Source of the DNA: Candidatus Saganbacteria bacterium
GTDB taxonomy: Bacteria; Margulisbacteria; WOR-1; XYC2-FULL-46-14
Reading direction: 5' to 3'
Assembly (NCBI GenBank): GCA_013202975.1
Contig: JABMQY010000039.1
Span: 1-61,900 of the forward strand
Length of the DNA: 61,900 bases
The notes under the pieces were generated by a model. It was given only the letters and a program-made list of their open reading frames with translations, had not been told where the DNA came from and did no database searches. The position numbers and the translations under genes were made by a program. Positions 46,783-56,970 of the stretch are shown here, one piece after another. Position 1 is the stretch's first letter. Every line of letters begins with the position of its first letter.

Positions 46783-47912
46783 GAATTTTATTTATTACAA
46801 CTTCGTTGTCGGTTTTGGAGGGTGGGCCCTTTACCTATCTCTTGAATCTTTCAAATTATTTGTCAAATTCGGGCCATAAAGTCTCAATTTTTACTTTAAA
46901 TAAGAATTACGATCCAGCAGTTGCTAAGTTATTTCCAAATATTAAGATTAGAACCTTTGCCTATATGAAAGGCCGAATCTTTTTTTCTCCAATTATGAAA
47001 AGGGTATTAACTTCTGAGATCAAAAATTTTGACATAGTCCACCTTAATAATTACTGGGGGTATCAGAATATTATTGCAAGCAACCTTGCAAATAAACACC
47101 ATATCCCGTATGTAATAACTTTGCATGGGACATTGCCTATAATGATGTCCAGTCGCATATTTAAGACCTGTTTTCATCTGTTTTTTGGCCGAAAGATTTT
47201 AAGGAATGCCGCAAAAGTTATTGCGGTAAGCCCGTTTGAGGTAGACCAGATAAAATCAAGAAAAGTTGATTATAATAACATTATTTTTATTCCGCTGGTG
47301 GTTTTGCCTCAAAAAAACCATAAAGATAAAATGGGGATATTTCGGCAAAGATTCAAAATTGATGCCAAAGAAAAAATAGTACTATTTTTGGCAAGGATCC
47401 ATCCGATAAAAGGGCTGGAAATTCTGCTCAGGGCTTTTGCTATACTGGCAAAAGAAAATAGTAATGTGCGTTTGGTGGTTGCTGGTCCGGACGAGGGATA
47501 TCTGGATGAAGCAAAAAAACTAATTGAAGACCTTGATATATATAGCAAAGTTATTTTTACCGGTTACCTGGATGGGGAGGATAAGCATCAGGCTTATCTC
47601 GAATCTGATGTTTTTGTTTTACCCTCAAAGTATGAGATATTTGGGACAACCGTTCTTGAGGCTTGGGATTGTAGGATCCCGGTTATAATTACTGATAGAA
47701 ATGGAATTGCCGCTATTGTAGCTGAAAATGAAGCGGGGGCAGTAATTCCATATGATTCCGAGGCATTATCTGAGGCATTAAAGAATCTTTTGTCTGATAA
47801 TAAATTAAGGATGAGATATATTCAACAGGGGAGTAAGGTACTTCAGGAGAAGTTTTCCTTTAATAAGGTTATGGAGCAGTATGAGAAGATGTATAAGGAG
47901 GCTTTATCTTGA
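46779..47912 (+). CDS. Family 4 glycosyltransferase
   Basis: GGP, PYVITLHG, FLARIHPIKG, AGPDEG, LPSKYEIFG..VLEA. Confidence 0.92.
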   Translation: MRILFITTSLSVLEGGPFTYLLNLSNYLSNSGHKVSIFTLNKNYDPAVAKLFPNIKIRTFAYMKGRIFFSPIMKRVLTSEIKNFDIVHLNNYWGYQNIIASNLANKHHIPYVITLHGTLPIMMSSRIFKTCFHLFFGRKILRNAAKVIAVSPFEVDQIKSRKVDYNNIIFIPLVVLPQKNHKDKMGIFRQRFKIDAKEKIVLFLARIHPIKGLEILLRAFAILAKENSNVRLVVAGPDEGYLDEAKKLIEDLDIYSKVIFTGYLDGEDKHQAYLESDVFVLPSKYEIFGTTVLEAWDCRIPVIITDRNGIAAIVAENEAGAVIPYDSEALSEALKNLLSDNKLRMRYIQQGSKVLQEKFSFNKVMEQYEKMYKEALS

Positions 47913-49408
47913 CGAGCCAGCTAAAGAAAATTCTGCTGATAGAACCGCCATTTTACAGATTATTCAATGAAAAGTTTTCCCTTGACAGATATCCTCTTTC
48001 ATTAGGGTATTTGGCCGGAGAGATAAAGAAAAAATCAGATTGGGGTGTAATGGTTTATAATGCTGATTTTTGTAAGCAAAGTGAAATGATTAAGGTTTCG
48101 TTTTTAACAGGCAAGGGTTTTGATAACTATCTCGAGTGCTTAAAGGATATATCAAAGAAAATATGGGAAGAGGTAAGGTCTGTTATTTTAGATTTTAGCC
48201 CGGATGTTGTTGCGATTTCTGTTAAATCCCAGAATTTTTCTTCCGCAGCTATGGTTGCGAGGATTGCAAAAGAGATCAATAAGGAAATTAAGGTTATTGT
48301 TGGGGGGCCTCATCCTTCCATGGTAGGGGCAGACGTTCTAAAATCCCCGTTCTTTGATATATCTGTCAAAGGTGAGGGTGAGATTACTATTGTTGAATTA
48401 CTCAAGGCAATAGAACAGCAATCTGGATTAAATTCTATTTTGGGTATAGTTTATAGGGAAGGGGACCAGATCATCGAAAATGGGTCAAGGGAATTTATTA
48501 ATAAATTGGATTCTCTTGGCTTTCCTCACATAACTGCTCCCGAAGTATTAAGAGACTATCAGTATTATCCTATAACAGCCTTTAGAAATATTTTTGCAGC
48601 TCGAGGGTGTCCCTTTCGCTGTATTTTTTGCGGATCTCATAAGATTTGGAGCCGCAAAGTTAGGTTCCGTTCTGTTGAAAATGTAATTGCAGAAATCAAG
48701 AGTCTTCAGAAAATAGGATTAAAATCGATTCATTTTGATGATGATACTTTTGGCATAAAAAAACCGCACATAAATAGCCTTTGTAATGCGATTATTTCCC
48801 AATGTGGAGGGCTCAAATTTAGTTGTGAAATTCATGTAAGGCTGGTTGATGATGCAACAATATCCCTAATGAAAAAAGCTGGGTGCTACCAGATCCAATT
48901 AGGGATTGAATCGGGCAGTGATAGGGTATTAAATGAAATAAATAAGAATATTACAATTGACCAGGCGCTAAAAGCTTGCCGGTTGATTAAAAAGCATGGA
49001 ATTGAGCTTATAACCTTCTTCATGGTCGGTTTTCCACAGGAAACAGAGGAGAGCTTACGGGAGACTATTTTGGCGATGGGGAGGGTTAATTGTGATTCAT
49101 TGATTTATAGCATTTTTACCCCATATCCTGGAACTGAGGTCTTTGAAATATGTAAGAGGGAGGGCTTGATCAGGGATGATTATGATGTCTCTCTGTATAA
49201 CCACCAGAGCCCGGCCAATTGTTTTGTGAAGAATATAAAACCAGAAAGATTCAGAGAAATGGTAAAGGATGTAGAAAAAATGATAGACAGGAGAAATTTT
49301 TTCAAAAGGATCCGAAGAAGGTTTTCTTTTGATACTTTGTGGAAATTACAGGAGCTGGGAATAATGAGGACTATTCAGAAAGGGATGGGAATGTTGTTTG
49401 GTAAATGA
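47909..49408 (+). CDS. B12-binding radical SAM protein (class B methyltransferase-like)
   Basis: GGPHPS, GEGE, RGCPFRCIFC, FDDDTF, GIESGS, GFPQET, TPYPGT. Confidence 0.92.
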   Translation: MTSQLKKILLIEPPFYRLFNEKFSLDRYPLSLGYLAGEIKKKSDWGVMVYNADFCKQSEMIKVSFLTGKGFDNYLECLKDISKKIWEEVRSVILDFSPDVVAISVKSQNFSSAAMVARIAKEINKEIKVIVGGPHPSMVGADVLKSPFFDISVKGEGEITIVELLKAIEQQSGLNSILGIVYREGDQIIENGSREFINKLDSLGFPHITAPEVLRDYQYYPITAFRNIFAARGCPFRCIFCGSHKIWSRKVRFRSVENVIAEIKSLQKIGLKSIHFDDDTFGIKKPHINSLCNAIISQCGGLKFSCEIHVRLVDDATISLMKKAGCYQIQLGIESGSDRVLNEINKNITIDQALKACRLIKKHGIELITFFMVGFPQETEESLRETILAMGRVNCDSLIYSIFTPYPGTEVFEICKREGLIRDDYDVSLYNHQSPANCFVKNIKPERFREMVKDVEKMIDRRNFFKRIRRRFSFDTLWKLQELGIMRTIQKGMGMLFGK

Positions 49409-50553
49409 TTTGTGATGATATGAAACAAAGAACAAAAGAAAAAGATATAGATGAAAAATTAATGCGAAGGTTTAAATGGGAGGCTTCTCATTCTGATCTT
49501 TCAAGCCAAGATTTTATTGGTATGCAGAAGTTGGCACAAGTCAACTGGGGCAATGAGTCTGATCTTTCTAGCCGGGAATTTTTAAATTGGCAGTATCTGG
49601 ATAATCCTGCTGGCAAAGCAATTGTTTGGCTGGCAAAAGAAAATGATAATAATACGATTGTTGGGCAAGTCGTTTTTTTGCCAATGCGTTTTAATTTCCG
49701 TGGGAAAGAAATTCTTGGTGCTTGTGCCGCAAATGTTCTCATTGATGTTAAATTTCGAAATAAAGGGGTTTTTGCAATATTGGCAAGGAAAGCAGTTGCA
49801 CAGATAAAAAATTCATCAATTAAGTTTATTTATGGTTTGCCTAATAACTTAGCTTTCCCAACCTGGATAAAGCGGGTTGGTTTTAGGAACCTGGGAGTTA
49901 TTCCTGACCTAATTTATGTTTTAAATTTTGAAAAGCTGCTTCAGTCCAAATTTTGCAATAATATATTAAAAAAAATGCTGGTCTTATTGGGGAAGGCTTA
50001 TTATTTGAATCTAATGCCCGGTAAAGATCCTAACTATAATGTTTATAATCTAACTGCTTTTGATGAAAAGATAGATAATTTGTGGAAGAAAGGTCATTTA
50101 TGCTCTGATTCCATTTGTGTGCGTCGAAAAGATTATTTGAATTGGCGTTATTTCTCATGCCCGACCCGAGATTACAAAATTCTTGCTGTTAATTTTAGGG
50201 GGGAGTTACAGGCTTATGTTGTCTTACGAATTGTTACTGATTCTAGCCTGAAGGTTGGTTGGATTGTGGATTTGTTTTCAAGCTCAACAAGGATTGGGTC
50301 AAGAGGGATGGGGATATTAATTAATGCAGCTATTGACCACTTTAGAGGGAATGGTGTTGATATTGTTAGATCTATAGTTTCAAGGGGGTCTCGGGGGTTC
50401 TGTTCTCTAAGGAAGAATCGTTTTCTTCCAGTGCCCAAATTTTTAAAAAAATGGCAGACCGAAATAATTTTACATCCTCTTTTGGGCGAAATGGATGTAG
50501 CTGAATCATTAAATAATTATTATTTTACCCTTGGGGATAACGATGCAATCTAG
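49405..50553 (+). CDS. GNAT-family (tandem) acyltransferase
   Basis: WQYLDNPAG, FRNKGVF, YGLPN, YLNWRYF.CP, terminal GDND. Confidence 0.78.
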   Translation: MICDDMKQRTKEKDIDEKLMRRFKWEASHSDLSSQDFIGMQKLAQVNWGNESDLSSREFLNWQYLDNPAGKAIVWLAKENDNNTIVGQVVFLPMRFNFRGKEILGACAANVLIDVKFRNKGVFAILARKAVAQIKNSSIKFIYGLPNNLAFPTWIKRVGFRNLGVIPDLIYVLNFEKLLQSKFCNNILKKMLVLLGKAYYLNLMPGKDPNYNVYNLTAFDEKIDNLWKKGHLCSDSICVRRKDYLNWRYFSCPTRDYKILAVNFRGELQAYVVLRIVTDSSLKVGWIVDLFSSSTRIGSRGMGILINAAIDHFRGNGVDIVRSIVSRGSRGFCSLRKNRFLPVPKFLKKWQTEIILHPLLGEMDVAESLNNYYFTLGDNDAI

Positions 50554-50576
50554 TTATTCTGTATGCTAGTTATATT

Positions 50577-51416
50577 ATGAAGTACATAAAGCGTCTTGTC
50601 AGTATTATTTTTTATTATAGCGGTTTGTGCTTTATTCTTATATCCCTTGTGAACATGCTGAGAAAAAGGAAGCGGTTATTAATTTTAATGTATCACGGAG
50701 TAGGGGATAAGAGTTTAAACATTGACGACAACCTCCCTTTAGATGAATTTAGGCAGCAAATAGAGTATTTGAATCAAAAATACAAAATTATTGCTTTTGA
50801 TCAGGCGGTCGAGTATTTAAAAAGCAATAATCGTATATTTGATAAGCCGCTTGCTGTTTTAACCTTTGATGATGCATATCAGAGTATCTATGACAATGTT
50901 TATCCATTGTTGAGAGAAAAAAAAATACCTGTGACAATTTTTGTGCCGGTCTCTTTTGTCGGCCAGCCGGGTAAATGGCTTAGGGAAGAACAGGTTGATG
51001 GTAGGATAATGGATTGGGATATGATCAATGAGCTTTCTCGCGATAATATGATTACAATTGGATCTCACGCAATGCGACATTTAAAGCTTTCTTTATTAGG
51101 GATTGAGGAAATGCGGGATGAATTGCTAAAATCAAAAACAATCTTGGAGGATAAGCTTAAAAAGAAAGTTGAATATTTTTGTTATCCTTACGGCCAGGTG
51201 GCCGAATGCTCTGCTTTGATTATTGGCGAGGTCAAAAAGTGTGGCTATTCTGCTGCCTGTTCAACAATTTGGGGGACACATTCTTCTGCTCAAAATCTTT
51301 TTGCCCTGCGAAGAATAAGGGTTGATTATCATGATTCATTCTTTGATTTCAAATTAAAAACAAAAGGGGCCTTTGACTGGCTGGAGTTTTTTCATTTATT
51401 AAAGAGGAGAAGTTGA
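50577..51416 (+). CDS. Polysaccharide deacetylase (CE4)
   Basis: ILMYH, LTFDDAY, IGSHAMRH, FCYPYG. Confidence 0.92.
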   Translation: MKYIKRLVSIIFYYSGLCFILISLVNMLRKRKRLLILMYHGVGDKSLNIDDNLPLDEFRQQIEYLNQKYKIIAFDQAVEYLKSNNRIFDKPLAVLTFDDAYQSIYDNVYPLLREKKIPVTIFVPVSFVGQPGKWLREEQVDGRIMDWDMINELSRDNMITIGSHAMRHLKLSLLGIEEMRDELLKSKTILEDKLKKKVEYFCYPYGQVAECSALIIGEVKKCGYSAACSTIWGTHSSAQNLFALRRIRVDYHDSFFDFKLKTKGAFDWLEFFHLLKRRS

Positions 51417-52630
51417 TGCATATCTTGCTTTTAACAGAAGCTTTCCCTCCTGAAACAAAATCAAACTCAACTCTTTTCTTTGAGCTGGCAGAATCACTTG
51501 TGAAAAAAGGACATCAGGTCTCCGTTGTTACCCGAATGCCGCGGCAGAGTATTGCGGATGGGATAGAGCAAAAAGCGATTCTATCAGAGGAAAAAATGTT
51601 TGGAATCGATGTTTTTCGCTGTATTATGCCTCCATTAATCAAGGATGTCCCGTTAATCAGAGGCTTTGAGCATTTTTTGACCGCCTTTATCTTTTTTCTC
51701 AAAGCTCAAAAGGTGAAAAGTTTTGACCTTATTCTGGTTTATTCGCCTCCGCTTCCTTTGGGCATTTCCGGGTATTTGTTGGGAAGGATTAGAAAAAGAC
51801 CTGTAATTGTTAATATCCAGGATCCTTATCCCGAGACAGTTATTTCTCTAGGCTTATTAAAAAACAAATTATTAATAAAAATTGCTAGGTTAATGGAAAG
51901 GTTTGTTTATAAAAAAGCAGACCTTATTACAGTCCACTCGGAAGGAAACAAGGATTATGTGATAGAAAAGGGGGCCGACAGAAAAAAAACGGAAGTACTT
52001 TATAATTGGGTTGATACGGAGTTGATTATGCCAGGACCCAAAATAAATGAATTTAGTAAAAAATATGATTTGGCGGATAAGTTTGTAGTCTCGTTTGCCG
52101 GAACAATGGGTTTTGCCCAGGGACTAGATGTTATCATTGATGCAGCAAATATCTTGAAAGAAAACAAGAAAATTCTGTTTGTTGTTGTTGGTGACGGAGT
52201 AAAAAAGGAAGGTTTAGTCAGTCGAGCGAAGAGTTTGGGGTTGATAAATATCCTTTTTCTTCCCTTGCAGCCGGTCAGCGTTTATCCAAAAATTCTTAAT
52301 GCTTCTGATATCTGCCTGATTACTCTAAGCAAGGAGCTTGCCACCCCGGTTATTCCGGGCAAGCTTTCTTCTATAATGGCTTCCGGCCGGCCTTTGATTG
52401 CCAGTCTTCCAGAAATAAGTGATGCCCGAAAAATTATCTCTGATTCCAATTGCGGCATCTGTGTCAGGCCGCAGGATCCAGCTGATCTTGCAAAGGCAAT
52501 TCTTAAGTTATATAATGATAAGAAGCTTTGTGAGCAAATGGGTAGGAATGGAAGGATGGCTGCTGAAAGAATATTTTCCCGCCAAGCAATTCTTTCAAAA
52601 TATGAGTCCATAATGAAATCCCTTTTGTAA
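51416..52630 (+). CDS. Family 4 glycosyltransferase, WbuB-like (L-FucNAc transferase)
   Basis: TEAFPPE, VYSPPL, NIQD.YPE, NWVD, AG.MG.AQGL, IPGKL; directly upstream of fnlABC. Confidence 0.85.
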   Translation: MHILLLTEAFPPETKSNSTLFFELAESLVKKGHQVSVVTRMPRQSIADGIEQKAILSEEKMFGIDVFRCIMPPLIKDVPLIRGFEHFLTAFIFFLKAQKVKSFDLILVYSPPLPLGISGYLLGRIRKRPVIVNIQDPYPETVISLGLLKNKLLIKIARLMERFVYKKADLITVHSEGNKDYVIEKGADRKKTEVLYNWVDTELIMPGPKINEFSKKYDLADKFVVSFAGTMGFAQGLDVIIDAANILKENKKILFVVVGDGVKKEGLVSRAKSLGLINILFLPLQPVSVYPKILNASDICLITLSKELATPVIPGKLSSIMASGRPLIASLPEISDARKIISDSNCGICVRPQDPADLAKAILKLYNDKKLCEQMGRNGRMAAERIFSRQAILSKYESIMKSLL

Positions 52631-52640
52631 GGAAAAATAT

Positions 52641-53645
52641 ATGTTGAATCATAAAACCATATTGATTACTGGGGGAACCGGTTCTTTCGGTAATGCGTTT
52701 ATCGAGATTGCTTTAAAGAAGTATTCCCCCAAAAGCATAATAGTTTTTAGCCGCGACGAAAAAAAACAAAATGACATGAGGATAAAGTACAATAATCCAT
52801 TGCTTGAGTTTATTATAGGCGACGTAAGGGACAAAGACTCAGTTTATAATGCAATGGCTGGGGTTGATTATGTTTTTCATGCAGCAGCGTTAAAACAAGT
52901 TCCAACCTGTGAGTTTTTCCCTATGGAAGCTGTAAAAACTAATATTATTGGTACAAATAATGTTCTAGACGCAGCAGAGTATAGCGGAGTAAAGAAAGTT
53001 GTTGTTTTGAGTACTGATAAGGCGGTATATCCTATAAATGCAATGGGGATTTCAAAAGCACTTATGGAAAAACTTGTTAGATCACGTTCAAAATCAAAAA
53101 AACTAAAAACAGTTTATTGTGGAGTCCGGTACGGCAATGTAATGTATTCAAGGGGATCCGTAATTCCTTTATTTGTTAGTCAGATCAAATCCAATAAAAG
53201 CCTTACAGTTACAAATCCCAAGATGACCCGGTTCTTGATGCCTCTTTCTATTGCCGTTGAGTTAGTCCTGTTTGCTCTTAAAACTGGGGCGAGCGGAGAT
53301 GTTTTTGTGAGAAAAGCGTCTTCCTGTACTGTAGGTGATTTGGCTCAGGCTTGTATAAACATTTTTAAAGCTGACAACAAGGTTGTTGATGTTGGGATCA
53401 GAGATGGAGAGAAAATGCACGAAACTCTTGTAACTCAGGAGGAGTTATTCGTTTCTCAGGAATTTGACGATTATTATAAGATCTGCGGAGATGGGAAGAT
53501 AGATTATGATGATTTTTTTACTAAAGGCCACGCTGGACGTATCCCTCAGGAAGGCTATAATTCTAAAAATGCCTCTCGTCTGAGTATTAAAGAGATTGAA
53601 GCTCTGCTTCTCTCTTTGCCAGAGATAAACAAAGAATTAGCATGA
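52641..53645 (+). CDS. fnlA: UDP-GlcNAc 4,6-dehydratase/5-epimerase (FnlA/WbjB/CapE)
   Basis: GGTGSFGN, FSRDEKKQ, HAAALKQVP.CEFFPMEAV, STDKAVYPINAMG.SKA, RYGNVM.SRGSVIP. Confidence 0.92.
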   Translation: MLNHKTILITGGTGSFGNAFIEIALKKYSPKSIIVFSRDEKKQNDMRIKYNNPLLEFIIGDVRDKDSVYNAMAGVDYVFHAAALKQVPTCEFFPMEAVKTNIIGTNNVLDAAEYSGVKKVVVLSTDKAVYPINAMGISKALMEKLVRSRSKSKKLKTVYCGVRYGNVMYSRGSVIPLFVSQIKSNKSLTVTNPKMTRFLMPLSIAVELVLFALKTGASGDVFVRKASSCTVGDLAQACINIFKADNKVVDVGIRDGEKMHETLVTQEELFVSQEFDDYYKICGDGKIDYDDFFTKGHAGRIPQEGYNSKNASRLSIKEIEALLLSLPEINKELA

Positions 53646-54769
53646 AAAAGATTAGGGTAGGGATAACCGGCCACAGCGGTTTTATCGGCTCTCATTTGGT
53701 CAATTGTCTTTCAAGAGAACAAAACATTTCTATAGTTTCAATAGATGATGGGTTGTTTGATGATTTAGATAATCTGGCGATTAGAATAAAAGATTGTGAC
53801 TGCGTGGTTCATCTGGCGGGAATGAATCGCGGCAGCGAAGAAGAAATCTATTCTACAAATATAAAACTGGCTAAAGGTCTTGTCAAGTGTTTTGATAAGC
53901 CAATGAAAACACCTCATTTGATTTTTGCCTCATCAATTCTAAATGCCACTGATTCTGCCTTTGGAAAATCAAAAAAAGAAGCTGAGCAAATATTTATGTC
54001 CTGGGCGAAGCAATCAAAAGCTGCCCTTTCTATCTTTGTTATCCCAAATGTTTTTGGGAGTTTTGGAAAGCCGTTTTATAATTCTGTAGTTGCGACATTC
54101 TGTTATCAGTTAACCCATGGGGAAAGACCAAAAATTATTAACGATCGCGAGCTAGAATTAATATATATTAATGAATTAACTGAAGTAATTAAAAATAGAA
54201 TAGATAAGCAGCCTGATTCAATAGAAACAATTCGAATCCCAGGGACAAAAAAAAGCTCTGTTACTGCATTGCTAGATATATTATTGGATTTTAAGGAGCA
54301 TTATTTTATCAAAAAAGTAATTCCGGCTTTGCCAGAACAATTTCTTGTTAATTTATACAATGTTTTTATTTCATATCTAGATTATACGCAGCTTGAATAT
54401 TCCCCCAAGCTTCATGTTGATAATAGGGGTGAGCTTTGTGAAATCATCAAATTAGCAGAGGGGGGGCAGGTCTTCTTTTCAACAACAAAACCCGGTGTAA
54501 TAAGGGGAGATCATTATCATACAAGAAAATTCGAAAGATTTTGTGTTGTTTTGGGATCTGCGACAATCAGGCTTAGGAAGATTGGAACACAGGATGTCAA
54601 AGAATATAAAGTAGACGGAAAGGATCCCCAATTTATTGAAATTCCTGTTCTTCATACTCATCACATAGAAAATGCTGGAGCTGTCGACCTTTATACGGTA
54701 TTTTGGTGTAATGAAGTGTTTGATCCTGCTAATGCGGATACATATGCTGAGGAGGTATTATTAGATTGA
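53642..54769 (+). CDS. fnlB: SDR + cupin epimerase/reductase (FnlB/WbjC/CapF)
   Basis: HLAGMNR, PNVFG...KPFYNSVVATFC, D.RG, PGVIRG.HYHTRK.E.F. Confidence 0.88.
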   Translation: MKKIRVGITGHSGFIGSHLVNCLSREQNISIVSIDDGLFDDLDNLAIRIKDCDCVVHLAGMNRGSEEEIYSTNIKLAKGLVKCFDKPMKTPHLIFASSILNATDSAFGKSKKEAEQIFMSWAKQSKAALSIFVIPNVFGSFGKPFYNSVVATFCYQLTHGERPKIINDRELELIYINELTEVIKNRIDKQPDSIETIRIPGTKKSSVTALLDILLDFKEHYFIKKVIPALPEQFLVNLYNVFISYLDYTQLEYSPKLHVDNRGELCEIIKLAEGGQVFFSTTKPGVIRGDHYHTRKFERFCVVLGSATIRLRKIGTQDVKEYKVDGKDPQFIEIPVLHTHHIENAGAVDLYTVFWCNEVFDPANADTYAEEVLLD

Positions 54770-55902
54770 ATAAAAAATTGAAGGTAATTACTGTATTGGG
54801 TACCAGGCCAGAAATTATCCGCCTTGCAAGTGTAATGGCGATGTTAGATAAATATGTTAATCATATAATTGTGCATACTGGGCAAAATTATGATTACGAG
54901 CTGAATGAGATTTTTTTTAAGGAGCTTGATGTTCGCAAGCCGGATTACTTTTTGGGGGTTGACTGTTCCACCCTGGGCAACATATACGGGAATATCCTCA
55001 TTGAGTCAGAGAAAATATTTGTAAAAGAAAAGCCGGATGCAGTTCTTATCCTTGGTGATACAAATAGTTCTATTGCTGCCTTGATTGCAAAACGGATGAA
55101 AATCCCTATCTATCATATGGAGGCCGGAAACCGCTGTTTTGATTTTAATGTTCCAGAAGAAATAAATCGCAGGATCATGGATCATATAAGCGACTTCAAT
55201 TTGGTTTATACGGAGCATGCCAGAAGAAATTTGTTGGCTGAAGGCCTTCCTTCCCGGAATATTTATCTTACCGGATCGCCAATGAAAGAAGTTTTAGGGG
55301 TGTATTTGGGTAAAATTAAAAAATCTAAAATCCTTAAAAAATTAAAATTGAAAACTAAGAAGTATTTTATTGTCAGTATGCACCGGGAAGAAAATATTGA
55401 CAATAAAAGCAATCTGGTTTCATTGTTAAATTCATTGAATGCTCTTTGTGATAAATTTGGTTTTCCGGTAATTGTATCTACCCACCCCAGAACAAGAAAA
55501 AGATTAAAAGAGATCTCCAGTTTGAAAATGAATCCATTAATAAAATTCATGAAGCCATTTGGATTCTTAGATTATGTCCATTTACAGCAAAATGCTTTTT
55601 GTGCTATTTCAGATAGCGGAACAATCAGTGAGGAGTCATCAATTCTTTCCTTTCCGGCAGTCACGATAAGGAATTCCCTTGAACGTCCGGAGGCGCTGGA
55701 TTCTGGTAATATTGTTATTACCGGACTGCTTCCGGAAACAATTGTTGATGCGGTAAGAATTACTACATTGGAATGGGAAAATTCGAAGAATCATCCAATC
55801 CCGGCTGAATATGAGATTGAGAACGTCTCTTTACGGGTTGTGAAATTAATAATTGGCACGGCAAAACTGTGTCATATCTGGAGTAATATTAAAACTAATT
55901 GA
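54766..55902 (+). CDS. fnlC: Non-hydrolysing UDP-sugar 2-epimerase (FnlC/WbjD/CapG)
   Basis: GTRPEIIRL, HTGQNYDYELN, LGDTNS, HMEAGNRCFD..VPEEINR, SDSGTISEES, ERPEA. Confidence 0.92.
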   Translation: MNKKLKVITVLGTRPEIIRLASVMAMLDKYVNHIIVHTGQNYDYELNEIFFKELDVRKPDYFLGVDCSTLGNIYGNILIESEKIFVKEKPDAVLILGDTNSSIAALIAKRMKIPIYHMEAGNRCFDFNVPEEINRRIMDHISDFNLVYTEHARRNLLAEGLPSRNIYLTGSPMKEVLGVYLGKIKKSKILKKLKLKTKKYFIVSMHREENIDNKSNLVSLLNSLNALCDKFGFPVIVSTHPRTRKRLKEISSLKMNPLIKFMKPFGFLDYVHLQQNAFCAISDSGTISEESSILSFPAVTIRNSLERPEALDSGNIVITGLLPETIVDAVRITTLEWENSKNHPIPAEYEIENVSLRVVKLIIGTAKLCHIWSNIKTN

Positions 55903-55917
55903 ATCCTGTCCCTTATC

Positions 55918-55946
55918 TTGCTACTTTTTTGTGTTTGATTTATAAT
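55918..55946 (+). promoter_or_regulatory. sigma-70 promoter for the initiating-transferase unit (probably leaderless)
   Basis: TTGCTA-N17-TATAAT, ATG 7 nt later at 55954, no SD. Confidence 0.7.
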
Positions 55947-55953
55947 TGACTAG

Positions 55954-56970
55954 ATGTCTATTATTAATCTTACAATCTTTCCGGCGATAGTGCTGCTGTC
56001 AATTCTTTCAACTTGTATCATGATTTTTTTCGCACGCAGATTTGATATTTTTATGGACAAGCCCAATCAGCGCAGTTCCCATTCAATTGTTGTTCCCCGT
56101 TGCGGCGGAATTCCTCTGGTTCTGCTTTTTATTCTGTCTATTTTATTCTTTATTGGCTTCAAAAACATAGAGGTTATCGGGTTTCTCTTAGGGGGATTGT
56201 TTATTGCTCTAATCGGACTATTTGATGATATCGTTAATTTGAAGGGGAAATATAAGATTCTTGGCATGGTTTTGGCTTCTCTTATTCCCATTCTTTTTGG
56301 ATTAAAGCTGAACTATCTTGGCTTAATAATGAACAATCAATTTGTTTTGGGCGTCTTAAGCTTGATTTGGATTTATGGGATGATTAATGCTTTCAACTTT
56401 ATGGATGGAATTGACGGTTTAATTGGCGGAGTTTCTGTTATTTTTTCTTTTTTCATGTTGCTCTTAGCCGTTATAAGCGGAAATAGTTTAGCCATTATGA
56501 TTTCTCTTGTTTTAATGGCGGTTTGTGCCGGGTTCTTATTGTTAAATTTTAATCCTGCAAGTATTTTTCTTGGTGATATAGGAAGCATGTTTTTAGGTTA
56601 CAGTTTTGCTCTTTTGAGCATTATGATTGTTAATCAAAGTAATAATTATATTTCTATATATCCCTTTTTCTTAATCCTTGCTCCTATTATTTATGATTCT
56701 ATGGTTACTTTTATCAGGAGAGGCTTTGAGGGCAAGAATGTTATTAAGGCTCACCGGGAACATTTGTATCAAAGATTGATCATTAATGGCTATTCCCACC
56801 GGAGGGTTAGTATTATTTACTATGTTCTTAGTCTCTTTTTTGGTCTGGCCGCTGTTTTCTATATAAAAATTACTCTATTGCCAAAGATTGTTCTTGTCCT
56901 GTTTTGTTTATTTATTTTAGTCGGCTTTAGTGGTTTAGTGCGGGTATTGGAAAAAAATAAAAATGCCTAG
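55954..56970 (+). CDS. Undecaprenyl-phosphate HexNAc-1-phosphate transferase (WbpL/WecA-like, MraY family)
   Basis: D.PNQRSSH...PR.GG, IGLFDD, NAFNFMDGIDG, NFNPASIFLGDIGS, AHREHLYQRL. Confidence 0.92.
   Translation: MSIINLTIFPAIVLLSILSTCIMIFFARRFDIFMDKPNQRSSHSIVVPRCGGIPLVLLFILSILFFIGFKNIEVIGFLLGGLFIALIGLFDDIVNLKGKYKILGMVLASLIPILFGLKLNYLGLIMNNQFVLGVLSLIWIYGMINAFNFMDGIDGLIGGVSVIFSFFMLLLAVISGNSLAIMISLVLMAVCAGFLLLNFNPASIFLGDIGSMFLGYSFALLSIMIVNQSNNYISIYPFFLILAPIIYDSMVTFIRRGFEGKNVIKAHREHLYQRLIINGYSHRRVSIIYYVLSLFFGLAAVFYIKITLLPKIVLVLFCLFILVGFSGLVRVLEKNKNA

Noticed and set aside
55903-55940. Intrinsic terminator after fnlC
   Set aside because: T-run present but no convincing hairpin; the run lies in the promoter spacer
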